Source: Spirochaetia bacterium (GTDB lineage Bacteria > Spirochaetota > Spirochaetia > SZUA-6 > Bin103). Taken from it: a stretch of DNA of 64,000 nt. Below, one piece after another: positions 22,539 to 32,756 of this stretch (positions are counted from its first letter, which is position 1; each line of letters opens with the position of its first letter). The stretch lies in assembly GCA_965198005.1 (NCBI GenBank), contig CBDAOI010000004.1, forward strand, positions 480,001 through 544,000, given 5' to 3'. Under the pieces are notes generated by a model. It ran no database searches and was not told the DNA's origin. It saw nothing but the letters and a program-made list of their open reading frames with translations. Position numbers and translations under genes: made by a program.

Positions 22539-23918
22539 ATGGAACACTCATACGACGCGATTATCATCGGCACCGGCCAGGCCGGGCCCAGTCTTGCCGC
22601 GGAGCTGTCCGCGGCCGGCATGCGCACCGCGATCATCGAGCGCCACCGCTTCGGGGGCACCTGCGTCAACGTGGGCTGCATTCCCACCAAGGCGCTGGTG
22701 GCCAGTGCCCGCGCCGCCCACGTCGCCCGCCGCGCCGCCGACTTCGGGGTGGTGATCGGAGGTGACGTCGGCGTCGACATGGCGCGGGTGAAGGCGCGCA
22801 AGGACGCCATCGTGCGGCGCTCCGCCACCGGCGTGGAACGGTGGCTGAAGTCGCTGGCCGACTGCACCGTGTGCCGGGGCCACGCGCGGTTCGCGGGCGA
22901 CCACCGGGTGCGGGTGGGCGACGAGGTGCTGGAGGCACCGCGGATCTTCATCAACGTGGGCGCGCGCGCCTTCGTGCCGCCGTTTGCGGGCGTCGAGGAG
23001 GTGGACTATCTGACCAACTCCACGATCATGGAGCTCGCCACCCTGCCGCAGCATCTGGTGATCGTCGGCGGCGGCTACATCGGGCTGGAGTTCGCGCAGA
23101 TGTTCCGCCGCTTCGGCAGCGAGGTGACGCTGATCGACCGCGGCGACCGGCTGATCAAGCGCGAGTCGGCGGACGTCTCGGCGGCGGTGGCGGCGATCCT
23201 GGAAGGCGAGGGGGTCCGGCTCCGGCTGGACGCCGAATGCCTCGGCTTCGAACGCCGGGGGGAGGGAGTGGCGGCCACCCTGGAGTGCCGTGACCAGGAG
23301 CCGGAGGTGGTCGGGTCGCACCTGCTGCTGGCGGTGGGGCGCCGTCCCAACACCGACGACCTGGGGCTGGAGACGACCGGCATCGAGGTGGATTCCCGCG
23401 GCCACGTCCGGGTGGACGACGCCCTGCAGACCGGCGTGCCGGGGGTGTGGGCGCTCGGCGAGTGCAACGGCCGCGGCGCCTTCACGCACACCGCCTACAA
23501 CGACTACGAGATCGTCGCCGGCAACCTGCTGCACGACGACCCGCGGCGGGTGACCGACCGCATCGACTGCTACGCGCTGTACGTCGATCCGCCGCTCGGC
23601 CGCGTCGGCATGACCGAGCCCCAGGTGCGCGCATCGGGACGCCCGGCCCTGGTCGCCACGCGGCCCATGACCCGCGTCGGCCGCGCCGTGGAGAAGAGCG
23701 AGACCCAGGGCTTCATGCAAGTGCTGGTCGACGCGGAGACCGAACGCATCCTCGGCGCCGCCATTCTCGGCGTCGGCGGCGACGAGATCATCCACTCGAT
23801 CCTCGACGTGATGTACGCCGGCGCCCCGTACACCGTGATCCGCCGCGCGGTGCACATCCACCCCACCGTCGCCGAGCTGATCCCCACCATGCTCGCCGAC
23901 CTCAAGCCGCTGGAGTAA
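22539..23918 (+). CDS. FAD-dependent pyridine nucleotide-disulfide oxidoreductase (MerA-like family, no C-terminal Cys pair)
   Basis: GTGQAG, GGTCVNVGCIP, GGGYIGLE and HIHPTVAE motifs. Confidence 0.92.
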   Translation: MEHSYDAIIIGTGQAGPSLAAELSAAGMRTAIIERHRFGGTCVNVGCIPTKALVASARAAHVARRAADFGVVIGGDVGVDMARVKARKDAIVRRSATGVERWLKSLADCTVCRGHARFAGDHRVRVGDEVLEAPRIFINVGARAFVPPFAGVEEVDYLTNSTIMELATLPQHLVIVGGGYIGLEFAQMFRRFGSEVTLIDRGDRLIKRESADVSAAVAAILEGEGVRLRLDAECLGFERRGEGVAATLECRDQEPEVVGSHLLLAVGRRPNTDDLGLETTGIEVDSRGHVRVDDALQTGVPGVWALGECNGRGAFTHTAYNDYEIVAGNLLHDDPRRVTDRIDCYALYVDPPLGRVGMTEPQVRASGRPALVATRPMTRVGRAVEKSETQGFMQVLVDAETERILGAAILGVGGDEIIHSILDVMYAGAPYTVIRRAVHIHPTVAELIPTMLADLKPLE

Positions 23919-24481
23919 TCCTCAAGCTCAAGCTTCGTACCAGCGTGCGAGGCGACACCTGTCCATTCCCGTCCCGCAGGTGATCGAGCACGTCGTTTCC
24001 GGCCAGGATAGGCTGTTCGATCAGGTAGTCGACGACGCCACACGGCGCGGTAGCGCCATCGTGCGCCGTCAACAGGAACCCCACTCCCGGAGCGTCGAGA
24101 TCGACATCGAGGACCACAACCCGCTCACCGGCGGCAGCCAGATGCAGGGCCGTGGCGGCCAGCGCCGTTGACCTCCCTATTCGTGCCGACGATGGCAACG
24201 CCTTGTTTCCATGCCTCTTCCTGCCATTCGCCGTCGGGAGTTTCGTTCCGGCCAGAACCGCGAAGCACGTCACGAGACCAATAGGCGGACGCTCCACCCC
24301 GGAGACCTTGATCGATCTCTGCGCTTGCCGCCCCCCAATTGGATTTCGGGCACCATAGTATGACCCGGAGTCGGGCAAACAGGTCCTTGATCAACAGGAT
24401 GCGCCATGATCGTGGCTTGTCTGACAGGAATTCCCTGAGGATGGCCTCTGCACGATCGTGAGCGTCGTCGGCATGGAGCAT
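23902..24481 (-). pseudogene. Remnant of a ParA/MinD-like (KGGVGR-type) ATPase
   Basis: The N-terminus (KDLFARLRVILW) is in one frame and GRSTALAATALHLA..GERVVVLDVDLDAPG..GVVDYL in another. Walker A is cut and the C-terminus is missing. Confidence 0.7.
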
Positions 24482-24546
24482 CAAACAACTCCGTCGAGGA
24501 TCAGACCACCGACAATTCCGGAAACCCTGCTGGCCGACCTCTATGG

Positions 24547-25806
24547 TCACCGCGGGCCCAGGCGCCGGCGGACGGCGTCCAGGACGTGGTGGGCGGTTTG
24601 TTCCTTGGGCATGAGCGGCAGGCGGACCGTGGGAGTGTCGGGCGCGATCAGCAGGACCTCGTTCCGGTCCGAGCCGAACACGGTTTCGCCGGCGCCGGTG
24701 GTGACCGGGTTGCCGACGATCAGGTCGGCGCCCTTGGCCGCGAGCTTGGCGCGGGCGTGCTGCTCCAACTGCTCGGTCTCGGCGGCGAACGCGACGATCA
24801 CCCGTGGCCGGGCGCTGCCGGCGGCGGCCGCGCCGGCAACGATGTCCGCGGTCCGTTGCAGGCGCAGATGGTGCTCGTTCCCGGAGCGGGACTTCTTGAT
24901 CTTCTGCGGGGCGACCGCCGCCGGCCGGTAGTCGGCCACCGCCGCCGCCATCAGCAGCACGTCGGTGGTCTCTAGGTGGGCGGTGACCGCGGCCTGCATC
25001 TCGGCCGCCGACTCCACCGTTTCGACGCGCATGCCGGCGGCGTCGACCGGGGCCTCGGCGGTGGTGATCAGGGTAACCTGGGCGCCGCGGTCGCGGGCGG
25101 CGCGCGCCAGCGCCACCCCCATCTTGCCGCTGGAACGGTTGCCCAGCACGCGCACCGGGTCGAGCGGCTCACGGGTGCCGCCGGCGGTGATCAGGCAGCC
25201 GCGCCCGGCCAGATCGCAGCCGCGGCCGAGCAGCAGGCGGACGTGTCCCACCAGCTCCGCCGGCTCCAGCATGCGGCCGGCGCCGCCGGCCCCCGACGCG
25301 TGGCGCCCGGTCGCCGGGCCCGCGATCGCCGCGCCGTCGCCCCGGAGCAGCGCCAGGTTGCGCTGCGTCGCCGGATGCCGCCACATCTCCGCTTCCATGG
25401 CGGGGGCCAGCAGCAGCGGCGCGCGGCTGGACAGCGCCGTCAGGCTGAGCAGGTCGTCGGCCATGCCGTGCGCCAGCCGGGCCAGGGTATGGGCGCTGGC
25501 GGGGGCGACCACGATCAGGTCGGCGCGGCGCGCCAGCTCGAGGTGCGGGATGCGGCCGGTGGCGCCGGCCAGCGGCGCGAACATGTCGGTGCACACCGCC
25601 CCGGGGGTGAGGGCGGTGAAGGTGGCCGCGCTGACGAAGCGCGCGCCGGCGGCGGTCAGCACCACGTCGACCCGGGCGCCGTGCTGGATGAGGGCGCTGA
25701 CCAGCACCGCCGCCTTGTAGGCCGCGATGCTGCCGGTCACCCCCACCAGCAGGTGCGCGCCCGGCAGCGCGCCGCGCCGGTCCGGCGCCGCGCCCGCGGC
25801 GCTCAT
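24547..25806 (-). CDS. coaBC: Bifunctional phosphopantothenoylcysteine decarboxylase/synthase
   Basis: GVTGSIAAYKA, TAGGTREPLDPVR..NRSSGKMG, AAVADYRP and FAAET motifs. Confidence 0.95.
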   Translation of the reverse strand: MSAAGAAPDRRGALPGAHLLVGVTGSIAAYKAAVLVSALIQHGARVDVVLTAAGARFVSAATFTALTPGAVCTDMFAPLAGATGRIPHLELARRADLIVVAPASAHTLARLAHGMADDLLSLTALSSRAPLLLAPAMEAEMWRHPATQRNLALLRGDGAAIAGPATGRHASGAGGAGRMLEPAELVGHVRLLLGRGCDLAGRGCLITAGGTREPLDPVRVLGNRSSGKMGVALARAARDRGAQVTLITTAEAPVDAAGMRVETVESAAEMQAAVTAHLETTDVLLMAAAVADYRPAAVAPQKIKKSRSGNEHHLRLQRTADIVAGAAAAGSARPRVIVAFAAETEQLEQHARAKLAAKGADLIVGNPVTTGAGETVFGSDRNEVLLIAPDTPTVRLPLMPKEQTAHHVLDAVRRRLGPR

Positions 25807-26579
25807 GGCCGCTCCGGCTGGTTGAGCCGGTACACGATCTGCAGCCCCTTGAGCGTGAGCCACGGATCCACCTGCTCCACCACGCCGGTCTGGGCCGCGA
25901 TGACGTCGGCCAGGCCGCCGGTGCCGATCACCCGCATGCCGGGACCGAGTTCGGCGCGGAAGCGCGCCACCATCCCCTCGATCAGCGCCACGTAGCCGAA
26001 CACCAGTCCCGATTGCATGGCGTGCACGGTGTTGCTGCCGATGCTGCTCGGCGGCGGCCGCAACTCCACGTCCGGCAGCTTGGCGGCGTGGCCGACCAGC
26101 GCCTGCAGCGCCAGCTCCAGGCCGGGGGCGATCGCCCCACCGACGTACTCGCCGGCGGCGTTGATCGCATCGAACGTGGTGCCGGTACCGAAGTCGATGA
26201 TGCAGGCCGGCGTGCCGTAGTAGTGGCGCACCGCGGCGGCGTTGACGACGCGGTCGGCGCCCACGTCGCGCGGGCTGTCGTAGCGCACCTTGATGCCGGT
26301 CTTGACGCCCGCGTCCACCACCAGCGGCGAACAGCCGAAGGTGTCCTGCGCCAAGCGCGCGAAGGCCGCGGTGAGCGGCGGCACCACGCTCGCCAGGGCG
26401 ACGCCGGTGACCGCCGCCGGCGCCAGCCCGGCCGCGGCGAACAGGCCGGCGACCAGCACCCCGTACTCGTCGGCGGTGGCGTTGGTGCGCGTCTGGATCC
26501 GCCAGCTCGCCCGCAGCCGGGCGCCGTCGAACACACCCAGCACCACGTTGGTATTGCCGACGTCGATGCCCAGCAACAT
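25803..26579 (-). CDS. coaX: Type III pantothenate kinase
   Basis: IDVGNTN, VGADR, DFGTGTT and GGAIAPG motifs. Confidence 0.95.
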   Translation of the reverse strand: MLLGIDVGNTNVVLGVFDGARLRASWRIQTRTNATADEYGVLVAGLFAAAGLAPAAVTGVALASVVPPLTAAFARLAQDTFGCSPLVVDAGVKTGIKVRYDSPRDVGADRVVNAAAVRHYYGTPACIIDFGTGTTFDAINAAGEYVGGAIAPGLELALQALVGHAAKLPDVELRPPPSSIGSNTVHAMQSGLVFGYVALIEGMVARFRAELGPGMRVIGTGGLADVIAAQTGVVEQVDPWLTLKGLQIVYRLNQPERP

Positions 26580-27448
26580 CAGTGGCTCTCCGTGCCGGTC
26601 TCGAGGTCGTCCGGCAGCGTCACGCTGTCGATCAGGCGCACGCCGCCGATGCGGGCGGCCAGCGACAGCAGCGCGCGGTCACCGTCCGCGGCAGCCGGTC
26701 CCAGCTCGCACAGCGTGTCCGCGTCGGCCAGACTGAGGTATTCCAGCTCCACCCCGGCGGCGGCGATCGGGGCGCGCGTGCAATCCAGCAGGGCCGCGCG
26801 GCCCCGTTCGCCCCGGCGCCAGGCGTCCAGCGCCGCCGTCAGCCCCCGGTACAGCACCGGCGCGCGCGCGCGGGCGGCGGCGGTCAGCAGCTCGTTGCGC
26901 GAGCTGAGCGCGACGCCGTCGGCCGCCCGTACGGTCCGGCAGCCGACGACGGTTGCCGGCAGGTTGAGATCCGCGTTCAACCGCCGCACCAGCGCCAACT
27001 GTTGCGGATCCTTGCGCCCGAAGTAGGCGAGCTGCGGCTGAAACAGCACCAGCAGCTTGGCGACCACGGTGGCCACCCCGTCGAAGTGGTCGGTGCGCGC
27101 CCGCCCTTCCGGGGAGCGCTCCATTCCGCGCACCGTGACGAAGGTGCGGAAGCCGGATGGATACACCTCGCCGGCGGTCGGCGTCCACGCCAGATCGACC
27201 CCGAGCCGCGCCGCCAGGGTCAGGTCGTGCTCCGGAGCGCGCGGATAGGCGGCGAGGTCGGCGTCGTCGTTGAACTGGGCCGGGTTGACGAAGATGGTCA
27301 GCACCGTGTGGTCGCACTCCGCGGTGCTGCGCCGGATCAGCGCCTCGTGCCCGGCGTGCAGGGCGCCCATGGTCGGCACCAAGCCGACGCTGCCGGCCAT
27401 CTGCGCGCGGGCCGCGCGGGCTGCGGCGACCGTATGTACGACCCGCAC
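26579..27448 (-). CDS. panC: Pantoate--beta-alanine ligase
   Basis: VPTMGALHAGH, FVNPAQF, FGRKDPQQ, ALSSRN and RLIDS motifs; start GTG 27448 with a GAGG SD. Confidence 0.95.
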   Translation of the reverse strand: MRVVHTVAAARAARAQMAGSVGLVPTMGALHAGHEALIRRSTAECDHTVLTIFVNPAQFNDDADLAAYPRAPEHDLTLAARLGVDLAWTPTAGEVYPSGFRTFVTVRGMERSPEGRARTDHFDGVATVVAKLLVLFQPQLAYFGRKDPQQLALVRRLNADLNLPATVVGCRTVRAADGVALSSRNELLTAAARARAPVLYRGLTAALDAWRRGERGRAALLDCTRAPIAAAGVELEYLSLADADTLCELGPAAADGDRALLSLAARIGGVRLIDSVTLPDDLETGTESH

Positions 27449-27449
27449 G

Positions 27450-28436
27450 TCAGTGGTCCTCGTCCCCGGCTCGGGTCGCGGCCACCGGCTGCGCGGTCGC
27501 GGGGTGGGTGCGGCGCGCATTCACCGGGCCGCCGGCCACCGCAGCCGGGTCGGCACCCACCGGGTCCCCGTGCAGCGGCGGGGCGGTTCCGTCCAGCCGG
27601 CTGCGGAAGGCGGCCAGCTCGCGCCGGTCCATCAGGTAGGAGTGCTCGCGGTCGGGAAACGTGCCGCCGCGCACTTCGGCGCAGAACCGTTCCAGCGCGC
27701 CCCGGATCTGCTGCCCGACGTCGGCGTAGCGCTTGACGAACCGGGGCGAGCGGCCGGTGTTCATGCCGATCACTTCATGGAAGATCAGAACCTGGCCGTC
27801 GCACCCGGCGCCGGCGCCGATGCCGATGGTGGGCACCGGCACTCGGCGGGTCACCTCCGCCGCGACCTTGCGCGGCACCGCCTCGATCACGATCGCGAAG
27901 CAGCCGGCGGCGGCCAGCGCCGCGGCGTCGCCGACCAGCCGGGCGGCGGCGGCCGCGGTGCGGCCCTGCACCAGATGACCGCCGATCAGGTGCTCCGACT
28001 GCGGCACCAGGCCGACGTGCCCCATCACCGGGATGCCGGCCGCCACGATGGCGGCAACCGTGGCGGCGCGCGCCGCACCGCCCTCCAGCTTGACCGCCTC
28101 GCAGCCGCCTTCCTTGATCATGCGCACGGCGTTGGCCACGGCGCCCGCCCGGTCGACCTGATAGGAGCCGAACGGCAGATCGCCCACCACCAGCGCCGCC
28201 GGCCGCGCGCGCCGCACCGCCCGGCAGTGGTGGAGCATCTCTTCCATCGAGACCGGCACCGTGCTGGAGTAGCCCAGCATGAACTCGCCGAGTGAATCGC
28301 CGACCAGGATCAGATCGACCCCGGCGGCATCCACCAGGCACGCACTGGTGTAGTCGTAAGCGGCGATCATGGTCAGGCGCGGAGCCGCGCCCGCGCGCTT
28401 GGTGATCTGCTGGATCGTGACCTTCTCACGTGTCAC
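27450..28436 (-). CDS. panB: 3-methyl-2-oxobutanoate hydroxymethyltransferase
   Basis: AYDY, LVGDSLG, VKLEGG, GHVGL and IGIGAG..CDGQVL motifs; start GTG 28436 with a GGAGG SD. Confidence 0.95.
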   Translation of the reverse strand: MTREKVTIQQITKRAGAAPRLTMIAAYDYTSACLVDAAGVDLILVGDSLGEFMLGYSSTVPVSMEEMLHHCRAVRRARPAALVVGDLPFGSYQVDRAGAVANAVRMIKEGGCEAVKLEGGAARAATVAAIVAAGIPVMGHVGLVPQSEHLIGGHLVQGRTAAAAARLVGDAAALAAAGCFAIVIEAVPRKVAAEVTRRVPVPTIGIGAGAGCDGQVLIFHEVIGMNTGRSPRFVKRYADVGQQIRGALERFCAEVRGGTFPDREHSYLMDRRELAAFRSRLDGTAPPLHGDPVGADPAAVAGGPVNARRTHPATAQPVAATRAGDEDH

Positions 28437-28442
28437 CGGAAC

Positions 28443-28592
28443 CTGCCTCCCGGTCCCATCAGGCGCGCACGCCGGCGGCGCTGGCGGTGTCGAATCGGAG
28501 AGGGATCCGGGCGGGTCGCGGCCAGCTTTCGCCGGCGGCGGGATGGGGCGTTGCGCCCGCGTCGTCCCGGTCGTCTCCAATCCAGGCAACGG
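28443..28592 (-). ncRNA. Candidate pan RNA motif (cis-regulatory) in the panB leader
   Basis: Bulged hairpin CCGUUGCCUGGAUU-GGAGAC-GACCGGGACG (28561-28592) and a second degenerate GCCUGA..GGACCGGGA copy overlapping the SD. Matches my recollection of the motif. Confidence 0.5.
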
Positions 28593-28842
28593 TCAAACGC
28601 CAGAGTGGTCGATTGACCACAAGGCATCGCTTCTGATGCGACCTGTCGTTCACTGCCGCTCGCGGCGGTCAGTGACTTGGCGGCCGTCAGCCCAAGCCGC
28701 CGGCCACCTACAACGTAACAGCCGGCGGCTCCGCTGGTCAACGCCTGTTGCGCACCCCGAGCAGGCTATTCTCGCCCGATCGTAATGCCCGTCACAACCA
28801 GCCGATACGCCTTCAGCAACTCTTCCAGCCGCCGGCGTCCCG

Positions 28843-29943
28843 CTACTTCCTGGCGGGCTCGATCGCGCCGAGCTCGATCAGCGAGTCGCCCGTAGCCTGG
28901 AGAGTGTCCAACGCGGGATGGGTCTTCAGTCCCAGTTCGCGAATGGCCTTGGTGCACTTGCTGTGCCAGAAGTCCGGCGTGGCCGGCGGCTGCCAGTCGC
29001 CGCACACGGCGACGTCGGGATACAGCTCGCTGAGCGCATCGCGCATCTGCTGCGCCGTGAGCTCCCCGGACTCGTCGGTGGCGCCCAGTATGTATCTGGA
29101 TCCATTCTTGGCGACGTTGCTGGTTGCCATGAGGCGCTGCGCCTGGCCGATGTCGCGCACGTCGATGACGTTCCACAGGAAACCCGGCGCGGCACCCTCG
29201 ATAGCCTGCCCGAAGGCGAGGCCGATATTTGGGGGTTCGCTTTGCCCCGACAGCGCCTGGCCGATTCTTTTCTGCCACACGTTGTTCTGCGTCCTGCTGA
29301 GGATGGGACCCAGTACGTGGCTGGGCATGTTCGAGACCACGTCGATGCCGGTCTCTTCGCCCCAGGCATAGCCATGCTTCTCGGCGTCCACCTTGCCCTT
29401 GGCGTAGGCTGCCTTTGCGACGTTCCACAGCCGCTCATCTGAACCGTGGCCACCCCAGTCGTCCTCGGTGAACTCGTGGCCGCTGGGGTCGCTTCCACCC
29501 TGCCACCCGGACCACACGGCCGCGCACGACGAGGTGTACATGACCCGCTTTACGCTGCCGGCCGCTCGGCACGAGGCCAGGACGCCCTTGGTCCCGTCCA
29601 TGATCGCGTCATAGGTCTGTTGGTTGCTGCCCTCTCCGTACGCGGGATCGGTACGCAGATCAGCGGCGACGTGGAACACGGCCGAGCAACCGGCGCACAC
29701 CTCGTCGTAGGCGCCGTTGGTGGCCTGCAACAGGTCGGCCTCGAAAACCTCCACGCTTCCCGCCGCACCGAGATCGTTCATGGCGCGCAGGAACTCCGTC
29801 TTGTCTTTCCGACTCGCGTCGCGGACGCTGGCGCGAACTGCGTAGCCCGCTTCGACCAGGTTCTTGACGACGTGCGATCCGATGTAGCCCGAGGCGCCGG
29901 TGACGGCGACGGGACCGTCTGAGGGTCCAGTGATTGGTGGCAT
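28843..29943 (-). CDS. NAD-dependent epimerase/dehydratase (extended SDR, dihydroflavonol-reductase-like)
   Basis: VTGASGYIG, FHVAA, YTSS and YAKGK motifs; TTGACT-N17-GATAAT ends 9 nt before ATG 29943. Confidence 0.9.
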   Translation of the reverse strand: MPPITGPSDGPVAVTGASGYIGSHVVKNLVEAGYAVRASVRDASRKDKTEFLRAMNDLGAAGSVEVFEADLLQATNGAYDEVCAGCSAVFHVAADLRTDPAYGEGSNQQTYDAIMDGTKGVLASCRAAGSVKRVMYTSSCAAVWSGWQGGSDPSGHEFTEDDWGGHGSDERLWNVAKAAYAKGKVDAEKHGYAWGEETGIDVVSNMPSHVLGPILSRTQNNVWQKRIGQALSGQSEPPNIGLAFGQAIEGAAPGFLWNVIDVRDIGQAQRLMATSNVAKNGSRYILGATDESGELTAQQMRDALSELYPDVAVCGDWQPPATPDFWHSKCTKAIRELGLKTHPALDTLQATGDSLIELGAIEPARK

Positions 29944-29996
29944 AGTTGGAAGATTATCGCCCATGCCGTCGCTGAAGTCAATTGGTGCCACGCACC

Positions 29997-30338
29997 ATGA
30001 TCACCCTCGACACCCGCGTCGCCGTGTGGTGGACCCAGACGCCCGAGCATCTCAGCCCGACGGCGGCACAGACCATTCGCGGCGCGGACCGAATCCTGGT
30101 TCCCGCGATCGTGTTCTGGGAGGTCGCGCTGCTGGTACGCAAGGAGCGCCTGAGATTGAACAACGACCAGCCGGTGGCGGCCTGGGCGCAGCAGGCGCTG
30201 GCAATCCCGCGCGTGCAGGAAGCGTCCCTCACCCACCGGCTCGCGGTCGCCGCCGATGCGGCCGCCATGCACGCCGATCCCGCGGACCGGCATCCACCGC
30301 TCCGTCGTTCCGTCCGCGATTCGGTGTGCGTGCTATAG
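29997..30338 (+). pseudogene. Truncated VapC/PIN toxin
   Basis: MITLDT..W, FWEVA and HADPADR motifs, then similarity is lost (no LIVATA/TxD end); no antitoxin upstream. Confidence 0.75.
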
Positions 30339-30346
30339 TCGCAGCC

Positions 30347-31906
30347 ATGTCACTGATCAAGCGCCAACTGGAGGAAGTGTGGAGTTCGCTCCGTGCTGCC
30401 GCAAACCGGCGCCGGAGCGTGCTGCAAGCCGTCCGCATCAGAAATCTGCGCGGCATCGGCGACCTGCGCGTGCCGTTCTCCTATCCGGTCAGTGTGCTCG
30501 CGGGGCCCAATCGGTGCGGCAAGTCGACCGTCCTCTTCGCCTCTGCCTGCGCCTACCGTGTACCCGACCGACCGCGTGACTTCAGCCCCGGTGTCTTGTT
30601 TCCCAACTTCGCGGGCCGTTCGTCCGGAGAGTTCTCGGACCTCGTGCCACCGACCGAGCTGGAGTTCGAGTATCTGCATCAGGGCGACCACGTCGCCATG
30701 GCGTGGCGGCGGGGCAAGTCATGGAACCGGAGCTATCTGGGACGCACGAACGCCAGCCAGCCGGAACGTGCGCTCTATCTGCGGACCCTGGCGAATCTTA
30801 CGAATCAGTCCGAGGTGCGCGGCATCCTGCAGTTGGCGCGCAAGGAGTTCGAAGCTACCGAGATTACCCCCGACTTGCTCCTCTTTGCGGACCGCATTCT
30901 CGGGAGTCACTATCGCAAACTGTCGGTCATCCAAGCCGGAGCACGAGACCTGCTGTTTGCCGACGGTCGTTCCGGTGGGCAACCGAATTACTCCGAGTTC
31001 CACATGTCATCCGGGGAGCGCGCCATACTGCGTCTGTCTAAAGACCTGTCACAGATCCAGGGCGCGTTGGTGCTCATCGACGAGGTGGAAGTCGGACTGC
31101 ATCCCTATACGCAGCAGCAAACCATGCTGGAGCTCCAGCGTCTTGCGCTGCGCCGGGAACTGCAAATCGTGGTCGCCACGCACAGCCCGGTAGTGCTCGA
31201 CAGTGTGCCGGAAGAGGCTCGATTGTTCCTGGACCGCGATGACGTCACGGCGGAGGTACGGCTCGTTCCCCCGTACCGCGACATTCTCCAGAAGGCGCTC
31301 TACGGTCAGTCACGCGATCGACTCTCCATACTGTGTGAAGACGCGATTGCCGAGGCGCTGATTCATGGTGTTCTCGACGTGCTCAACCCTCAAGTCGGGA
31401 TGCGCCATGACGATTTTGTGATCGGGCGGGATACTGGTCAGGATGAGTTTCCGGGCCATGTTCGTACCATGGGGAAGTTCAACAAGCTGCGCGACTTCCT
31501 GGTAGTGCTCGACGGGGATGGGCGGCATCGGGCAGGCGGGATTCGGGAGATTGCTTCCCGGTTCGGCCACAGCATGCAGCCCTTGTTTCTCCCCGGCGAA
31601 GGACCGCCGGAGGGCTGGATTTGGGACACGCTGCAGGCACAAGGTGCGGAGTACGCCGAGGTCCTGGGAATCTCTGCCACCGACCTGCCTGCCGAGATGC
31701 GGCGGATCGAACAGCTCCTGGCGGGGAGCGTACGACAGCGCGACCGCGTGAAGGCTGCCTTGAGAGCACTCGGCGATAGTCTGAACCGATCCGCGACGGA
31801 GCTGGCGCGGACCGTTGCGCAACAGGAAACCGCCGCGGGACGTTCCCCGATGACCCGCTTCCAGATCGAGCTGCGTGAGCAGATCGAGGCCTGGAGGCGC
31901 CGCTGA
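30347..31906 (+). CDS. ABC/AAA_21-type ATPase fused to a TOPRIM-like domain (OLD-like nuclease)
   Basis: Walker A GPNRCGKST, MSSGE signature, LIDEVEVGLHP, ATHSP, then ILCED and VLDGD; TGcTATAGT ends 7 nt before the ATG. Confidence 0.85.
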   Translation: MSLIKRQLEEVWSSLRAAANRRRSVLQAVRIRNLRGIGDLRVPFSYPVSVLAGPNRCGKSTVLFASACAYRVPDRPRDFSPGVLFPNFAGRSSGEFSDLVPPTELEFEYLHQGDHVAMAWRRGKSWNRSYLGRTNASQPERALYLRTLANLTNQSEVRGILQLARKEFEATEITPDLLLFADRILGSHYRKLSVIQAGARDLLFADGRSGGQPNYSEFHMSSGERAILRLSKDLSQIQGALVLIDEVEVGLHPYTQQQTMLELQRLALRRELQIVVATHSPVVLDSVPEEARLFLDRDDVTAEVRLVPPYRDILQKALYGQSRDRLSILCEDAIAEALIHGVLDVLNPQVGMRHDDFVIGRDTGQDEFPGHVRTMGKFNKLRDFLVVLDGDGRHRAGGIREIASRFGHSMQPLFLPGEGPPEGWIWDTLQAQGAEYAEVLGISATDLPAEMRRIEQLLAGSVRQRDRVKAALRALGDSLNRSATELARTVAQQETAAGRSPMTRFQIELREQIEAWRRR

Positions 31907-32099
31907 ACCGAGGCGTCGCTGAGCTTTCCGGGGTTCGGGCGCAACGAGTGCCCGCAGCCGAGATGGTAGTCGCGAAGCTGATCCGCCATGCCAGCGCTAG
32001 TTCCCCCTGGGGATACGACTTGGCGCCGCCAGCGACCACCCAGCGCGTGGCGTGACTCCCCCGATGCCGCGCGCCGACGATCAGGTGCTGGGCGATCGC

Positions 32100-32226
32100 G
32101 GCCACCAGTCCGCGCTCAGTCCTGGTCAAGGCCGCGACCACAACCGAGCCGATGCGATCGGCGAGTGGGTCGCGCGTAAGCACCAGCACGGGTCGGTCGC
32201 CGCCCGGCGTAGCGGCGAACCAGATC

Positions 32227-32240
<14 letters not shown>
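32100..32240 (-). pseudogene. 5' half of a MazF/PemK toxin
   Basis: VKRGEIWFAATPGGDRPVLVLTRDPLADRIGSVVVAALTRTERGLV, then truncated. Confidence 0.85.
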
Positions 32241-32669
<429 letters not shown>

Positions 32670-32756
32670 TCATCGGCGCAGGCTCGGCTCGGCCCAGAGC
32701 GAAAGGTAGATCGTCGGCCGCGACGACAATTCAGTAACCACTAGAAAGGAGACCCT

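Noticed and set aside
22539-23918. Mercuric reductase merA
   Set aside because: No C-terminal Cys-Cys pair, no NmerA domain and no neighbouring mer genes.
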